Below, one piece after another: positions 58,918 through 64,000 of a stretch of DNA of 64,000 nucleotides; within the stretch, counting starts at the first letter, position 1; every line of letters starts with the position of its first letter. Under the pieces are notes generated by a model. That model was not told the origin of the DNA. It did not search any database and saw only the letters and a program-made list of their open reading frames with translations. Location of the stretch: contig JAVZLM010000005.1 in the NCBI GenBank assembly GCA_038883775.1, forward strand, positions 109,634-173,633, given 5' to 3'. The translations under genes and the position numbers were made by a program. This DNA comes from Candidatus Bathyarchaeia archaeon (lineage in GTDB: Archaea; Thermoproteota; Bathyarchaeia; Bathyarchaeales; Bathycorpusculaceae).

Positions 58918-59571
58918 TCAGCTTATTGGACATATTGGCAACACTGTTCTCCCATGGGCTTCGTTTAGAATTTCCGCTAAAGCCAAGTAGAAGGCGCTTA
59001 ATCCGCAGATTATGCCTTCAACTCCAATTATGCGTGTGAACAATTCTAAGTCTGACGGAGTGAAAGAAGTGTAGGCTAAAAGCGCTGATTTGGCTGCGAG
59101 TAAGAAGAAGAGTATGGCTAAGCTTAGGAAAACGAATTGTAATGCCCTATTTGTTTTCAGAGTGCCAAAGAACATTATAAACGTGAAGAGTCCCCACATG
59201 AAAAAATAAGCCATAAATGCTTCTTGACTGACAAGCCAAGGCGTATTATATTGTGGTATGGCTGGTGCGTAGGAAGAGAAGGGCCATACGCCCATTGTTG
59301 CCACGTTGGCTGTTCCAAGCCAGTTTAGGGCTACGAAGGATAGCCAGAACAGTCCATAGGATGTGAAGGCTGTTGTGCCGAAGGTGTTGCCTTTCTTGTA
59401 TTCTAATATGCCAGCAATAATTTGGGCTAAACCGCCGTAGAATATTCCCATTCCAAGAATCATACCATCAACTGGTCCTAAACGGGCGTTGTGGACAAAG
59501 TTTAGGAGGACTGTTGTCATTCCAAAGCCTAAAAGCCCAAGTGGAGCTGGGTTTGCAGTTTTTTCACTCAT
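58918..59571 (-). CDS. satP: Acetate uptake transporter (GPR1/FUN34/YaaH)
   Basis: [18 protein letters not shown] and GNTFG.TAFTSYG.FW. Confidence 0.93.
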   Translation of the reverse strand: MSEKTANPAPLGLLGFGMTTVLLNFVHNARLGPVDGMILGMGIFYGGLAQIIAGILEYKKGNTFGTTAFTSYGLFWLSFVALNWLGTANVATMGVWPFSSYAPAIPQYNTPWLVSQEAFMAYFFMWGLFTFIMFFGTLKTNRALQFVFLSLAILFFLLAAKSALLAYTSFTPSDLELFTRIIGVEGIICGLSAFYLALAEILNEAHGRTVLPICPIS

Positions 59572-59640
59572 GCCTTTTCAATCCTTCTTTTGTGGTGAAA
59601 GCCTTACATAAAAATAGGTTGGGGATATATGCTTTTCTGG

Positions 59641-62406
59641 TTATGCTTTCCGTTTTTTACTTGCAATATACTTTCCTATTTCTAATGAGCCGAAGACTAT
59701 AGCAGTGAATAATATTGCAATCGCCCAGTCTATTGGTTCTGGAGCGTGCACATCGAATAAATCTTGAAGAATAGGTGTGTAAAGAACCATTAGTTGAAGC
59801 CCTAATGATGAGAGGATTGCAGCCCAAAGGAACTTGTTTTTGAAGACGCCAACTTTGAATACCGTGTATTTTAGTGAACGGGCGGATATGGCATTTGCTA
59901 ACTCCATTAAGATCATAGCCGTAAGCAACTGTGTCCTAGCCTCAAGCAAATTGTATTCGCCTAACCATGGTTGATGCATGAAATAGCCATATAGAAGCAG
60001 CACAGTCATCACAATGGGCACTAGTGTCAGATATAGTTTGACGTCACGTGTGAAAACGCTTTCATTCGGATCTCTAGGTTTCCTTTCCATCAAATCCGGG
60101 TCGCCGGGGTCTATTCCTAAGGCTAATGCTGGTAAACCATCCGTTGTCAAGTTAACCCATAAGAGCTGTATTGCGGTCAAGGCAACTGTTGGAGAAAGTT
60201 TCGGATCTTCGCCTACTTGATATGCTGAACCTGCTAAGTATGGAACGCTTACCATTACTATGAACATTACGAGGATTTCCATAACGTTGCATCGGAGTAA
60301 ATATGTTAGGTATTTCTTTATGTTATCGTAGATTTCGCGTCCTTCTTTGACAGCCTTAACAATAGATGCGAAATTATCGTCTGTTAAAACCATGTCTGAA
60401 GCTTCTTTCGTCACTTCTGTACCCGTGATTCCCATGGCAACGCCTATATCTGACAATTTTAGGGCTGGTGCATCGTTTACGCCGTCACCAGTCATTGCAA
60501 CAACATATCCTCTCGCCTTCCAAGCCTTAACAATCCTCATTTTATGTTCAGGCGAAACACGAGCGTAAATCACAACGTTCTCAACCATTTGGGTTAGCTG
60601 TTCATCACTTATTTTGTCCAACTCTTGACCAGTAAGCACTTGACTCGGCGACTCATTTTCGCCTATTAAGTTGAGTTCTTTTGCCACAGCAACCGCCGTA
60701 AGTTTATGGTCGCCAGTTACCATAACAACTTTGATTCCGGCGTTTCTGCAAAGCGAAATTGCATCCTTAACTTCTTCCCTTGGAGGGTCAATCATTCCCA
60801 TTATTCCAACAAAAGTCATATCATTCTCAATTTTTTCATCAAAACTTGTTGCAGATTCTGGCAGTTCTTTATAGGCGAAGCCTAAATTCCTTAGCGCTTG
60901 CATTGCCATAGCTTCGTTTACTTTCAGTATCTTTTCTCTGTCTTCCTCTGTTATTTTGCGCACTTTTCCCTTTGAAAGAATCTTTGTGCACCTTTCCAAG
61001 ACTATTTCAGGCGCTCCTTTCATGAAAGCCATTTTCTTCTTAGATGCCAAGTGAACCGTTGTCATGCGTTTTCTTTCAGAAGAAAATGGAACCTCACCTA
61101 TCCTTGGAGTTTCCTTTTCCAACTCTTCTTTCCATAATCCAGCCTTGGCTGCAGCAACCACCAAAGCGCCTTCTGTTGGGTCGCCTTTAATTATCCATCT
61201 TCCACTTTCCTTTTCTTTTTCCAACTTTGCATCATTGCACAATGCTGAAATTTTTAAGAGCGCAACGAGTTCCTCTTCTTGTGCTGGGTCCAATTTTTTG
61301 TCTTCGAATATGAATTCGCCTTGTGGCTCATAGCCGACTCCTGAAACTTTTATTGTTTGGTCATTCACGTATATCCTTTGAACAGTCATTTCACCTTTAG
61401 TCATTGTTCCAGTTTTGTCGGCGCAGATGACGCTTGTGCATCCCAAAGTTTCAACGGCTGGGAGTCTCCTGACGATTGTGTTTACCTTAGCCATGCGGTA
61501 CATGCCAACAGCGAGGGCGCCTGTTACTATGGCGGGTAATGCTTCTGGAACAGCAGCAACAGCTAGGCTTACACCCCACAAAATCATGTCTAGAGGATTG
61601 CGTCCTTCCGCTATGCCTATGCCTGCCACTGTTAGGCAGACGGCTATGCATAATATTCCAATCCATTTTCCAACAGAGGCCATACGCTTTTCGAGAGGGG
61701 TCTCCTCCTCTTCTGTTACTTGAACCATTTTAGCTATTTTTCCAAACTCAGTGTTCATTCCAGTTGAAGTAACAACAGCTTTCCCACGTCCATAAACAAC
61801 AGCTGTTCCAGTGAAAACAAAATTCCGTCTTTCAGGAAGTCCAGTTTCTTCAGGTAAGGGATCCACGCTCTTGTTTACGGGTGTGGATTCCCCTGTTAAT
61901 GGTGCTTCATCCATTTTTAGGTTGATTGCTTCAATAAGTCTGGCGTCTGCTGGAACCTTGTCGCCCGTGTATAATAGGATTATGTCGCCTGGAACGATTT
62001 CGCTTGCTTGGACCTTAACCTCTTTTCCATCTCTTAAAACCATGGCCGTCGGCGCCGTCATCTTCTTTAATGCTTCTAAAGCTTTTTCTGAACGGTATTC
62101 TTCTACAAATCCTAAAATTGCACAGGCTAGGACTATGGCTATTATTACAATAGCGTCAGTAATTTCTCCCAAATAGATGGAGAGACCTGTTGCGATTAAC
62201 AGTATTATAATAAGTATGTCTGTAAACTGTTCTATGAAAAGCCTTATTGGCGATATTCCCTTTTCCTTCTTAAGCTCATTAGGTCCATATTCTTGTAGGC
62301 GCTTTTGCACTTCTCTTTGGGTTAAGCCATTCTCCGAAGTGTTCAAAGCCTTTAAAGTTTCTTCAATTTCCATCGCATGCCATGGCTTTGACGTTTTAAT
62401 CACCAT
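59641..62406 (-). CDS. P-type cation (Ca2+-type, P2A-like) ATPase
   Basis: TGES, PEALP, DKTGT, KGAPE, TGDGVNDAP and QLLWVNLTTD. Confidence 0.95.
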   Translation of the reverse strand: MVIKTSKPWHAMEIEETLKALNTSENGLTQREVQKRLQEYGPNELKKEKGISPIRLFIEQFTDILIIILLIATGLSIYLGEITDAIVIIAIVLACAILGFVEEYRSEKALEALKKMTAPTAMVLRDGKEVKVQASEIVPGDIILLYTGDKVPADARLIEAINLKMDEAPLTGESTPVNKSVDPLPEETGLPERRNFVFTGTAVVYGRGKAVVTSTGMNTEFGKIAKMVQVTEEEETPLEKRMASVGKWIGILCIAVCLTVAGIGIAEGRNPLDMILWGVSLAVAAVPEALPAIVTGALAVGMYRMAKVNTIVRRLPAVETLGCTSVICADKTGTMTKGEMTVQRIYVNDQTIKVSGVGYEPQGEFIFEDKKLDPAQEEELVALLKISALCNDAKLEKEKESGRWIIKGDPTEGALVVAAAKAGLWKEELEKETPRIGEVPFSSERKRMTTVHLASKKKMAFMKGAPEIVLERCTKILSKGKVRKITEEDREKILKVNEAMAMQALRNLGFAYKELPESATSFDEKIENDMTFVGIMGMIDPPREEVKDAISLCRNAGIKVVMVTGDHKLTAVAVAKELNLIGENESPSQVLTGQELDKISDEQLTQMVENVVIYARVSPEHKMRIVKAWKARGYVVAMTGDGVNDAPALKLSDIGVAMGITGTEVTKEASDMVLTDDNFASIVKAVKEGREIYDNIKKYLTYLLRCNVMEILVMFIVMVSVPYLAGSAYQVGEDPKLSPTVALTAIQLLWVNLTTDGLPALALGIDPGDPDLMERKPRDPNESVFTRDVKLYLTLVPIVMTVLLLYGYFMHQPWLGEYNLLEARTQLLTAMILMELANAISARSLKYTVFKVGVFKNKFLWAAILSSLGLQLMVLYTPILQDLFDVHAPEPIDWAIAILFTAIVFGSLEIGKYIASKKRKA

Positions 62407-62564
62407 CCTCTTTTATCCAATAGACCTTCTATTGTGTTAAAAATCATTGGATATAATCTTTTCTAAGAAAGGCAAAGGCTTGGGAAATAAGTTTATAAGC
62501 AATTTTGTACTTCACTCTAAAGGTATTTAAAATAAATAGAAAGATTCCGTTGAGAGGTGAAAGG

Positions 62565-64000
62565 ATGTTTGAGCCATGGATAATAGCTCCAATATCGGCT
62601 TTGATATCCATTATGGTTGGCGCATACTTCTATTACTATGTGAAAAAGCAGGACAGCGGCACAAAAAGAATGCAAGAGATTGCCGCTGCAATAGAGGAGG
62701 GAGCCAACGCTTTTATAAGAAGAGAATATACCGTATTAGCAATATTCGTAGCCGTAGTAGCCGTCTTATTGTGCATTTTTCTGCCAGAACCCATATGGCA
62801 AACTCAAAAACCAATAGAAAATGTTGAACTCACACTAGCCTACATATTCGGTTCATTCTGTTCAGCTCTTGCTGGCGTTTTAGGTTTGCGCATCGCAACA
62901 AAGGCTAACACCAAAGCAGCTAGCGCAGCGAGGGAAGGATTGAACAAAGCTTTCCCAATAGGCTTCCGCGGCGGAGCAGTAATGGGCTTAGCCGTTGTGG
63001 GTGCAGGTTTGCTTGGAATAAGCATAGTTTACGCTGTCACTGGTAATCCAGAAATAGTTTTGGGCTATAGCTTCGGCGCAAGCTCTTTGGCTCTTTTCGC
63101 CAAGGCTGGAGGAGGCATATACACGAAAACCGCTGATATAAGCGCAGACTTAGTCGGAAAAGTGGAGCTGGGTATCCCAGAAGATGACCCAAGAAACCCG
63201 GCAGTAATAGCCGACAACGTGGGCGACAACGTGGGCGATGTGGCTGGAATGGGCGCAGACCTCTTCGACTCTTATGTGGCGAGCATTGTGGCAGTAATGA
63301 TTCTTGGAGAAGCCATCGATATAATTCCTGGTTCAGGGGGAAAATTCACACAGATTCCATTGGTTTTTGCTGGTTTAGGCATTATAGCTGCAGTTTTAGG
63401 CGCATTATTGGTTAGAGTCGGCAAACATGGCAATCCTGGAAGAGCCCTTAACATGGGCACATACATCACATGCACAATCTTTGTAGTTCTAACCTTCTTA
63501 GCCTCTTACTATCTCAATTATGATTTGAGAATTTGGGGAGCAACGGTTGTCGGCTTAATTGCTGGAATAATAATTGGCACAACCTCAGACTATTTCACAT
63601 CAGAAGACAAAACACCAGTCAAGAAAACAGCCGAAGCCTCTCTAACTGGAACCGCAACAAACATCATAACAGGATTTTCTTATGGATTGCACAGCGTCTT
63701 CCCACCACTAATCGGAATAGGCGTAGCCTCAGCCATCGCTTACTTCTTATGCGCACCCCTCGGCGACAAATATGCCCTCTACGGCATTGGAATGGCAGCG
63801 GTTGGGATGCTTTCAATAGTTGGACTTATCGTATCAAATGATGCTTACGGTCCAATCGTTGACAATTCAAGAGGCATAGCCATGCAAGGCGGACTAAGCG
63901 AAGAAGTCATACGAGTAACAGACGAGATGGATGCTGCGGGCAACACAGCCAAAGCCATAACTAAAGGCTTCGCCATAGGCGCAGCAGGACTTACCGTCAT
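62565..64000 (+). CDS. hppA: Membrane-bound pyrophosphatase (3' partial), K+-independent signature
   Basis: Not in the ORF track because it runs off the window. GAGGTGA SD; GGGIYTKTADISADLVGKVE..PEDDPRNPAVIADNVGDNVGD; GNTAKA. Confidence 0.95.
   Translation, partial: MFEPWIIAPISALISIMVGAYFYYYVKKQDSGTKRMQEIAAAIEEGANAFIRREYTVLAIFVAVVAVLLCIFLPEPIWQTQKPIENVELTLAYIFGSFCSALAGVLGLRIATKANTKAASAAREGLNKAFPIGFRGGAVMGLAVVGAGLLGISIVYAVTGNPEIVLGYSFGASSLALFAKAGGGIYTKTADISADLVGKVELGIPEDDPRNPAVIADNVGDNVGDVAGMGADLFDSYVASIVAVMILGEAIDIIPGSGGKFTQIPLVFAGLGIIAAVLGALLVRVGKHGNPGRALNMGTYITCTIFVVLTFLASYYLNYDLRIWGATVVGLIAGIIIGTTSDYFTSEDKTPVKKTAEASLTGTATNIITGFSYGLHSVFPPLIGIGVASAIAYFLCAPLGDKYALYGIGMAAVGMLSIVGLIVSNDAYGPIVDNSRGIAMQGGLSEEVIRVTDEMDAAGNTAKAITKGFAIGAAGLTV

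Noticed and set aside
63213-63240. Tandem repeat GACAACGTGGGC x2
   Set aside because: It encodes the conserved DNVGDNVGD motif of membrane pyrophosphatases.
1-64000. Many short antisense or alternate-frame ORFs in the track (e.g. 330-740, 27938-28339, 55946-56401, 62576-62827, 63533-63841)
   Set aside because: They overlap well-supported genes and have no recognisable motifs; they are shadow ORFs.
1-64000. tRNA, rRNA or CRISPR array
   Set aside because: No cloverleaf/T-loop pattern, rRNA-like tract or regularly spaced repeats seen in any intergenic gap by eye. tRNAscan-SE or Infernal would be decisive.

Overview
Archaeal chromosomal window. TFB, aCPSF1, proteasome beta, eL31/eL39/eL40/eS19, Spt5, EgsA, DGGGP synthase and a Cren7-like domain point to a TACK archaeon, most consistent with Bathyarchaeia (inference). 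About 52 kb is housekeeping: sucCD, two ribosomal/translation clusters, ether-lipid genes, glyS, asnS, endA, an acetate cluster (Pat-like/acs/satP), a P-type ATPase and hppA. The standout is an 11,328-bp element at 1871-13198. It has 57-bp imperfect terminal inverted repeats (outer 19 bp perfect) and a candidate ATAAAA target-site duplication. It carries one DDE transposase at its left end and about 14 passenger ORFs: a DNA methyltransferase, three intact and one interrupted PD-(D/E)XK-type nucleases, small regulators, a minimal ABC-type ATPase and orphans. It therefore looks like a single-transposase defence-cargo transposon. Other leads are a divergent Cren7-coiled-coil/coiled-coil gene pair next to TFB, a Lys-rich micro-ORF at the insertion site, a possible prenol-salvage operon and patchy A/C versus G/T codon skew. 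I saw no tRNA, rRNA or CRISPR array. All family calls come from motif recognition by eye, with no database search.
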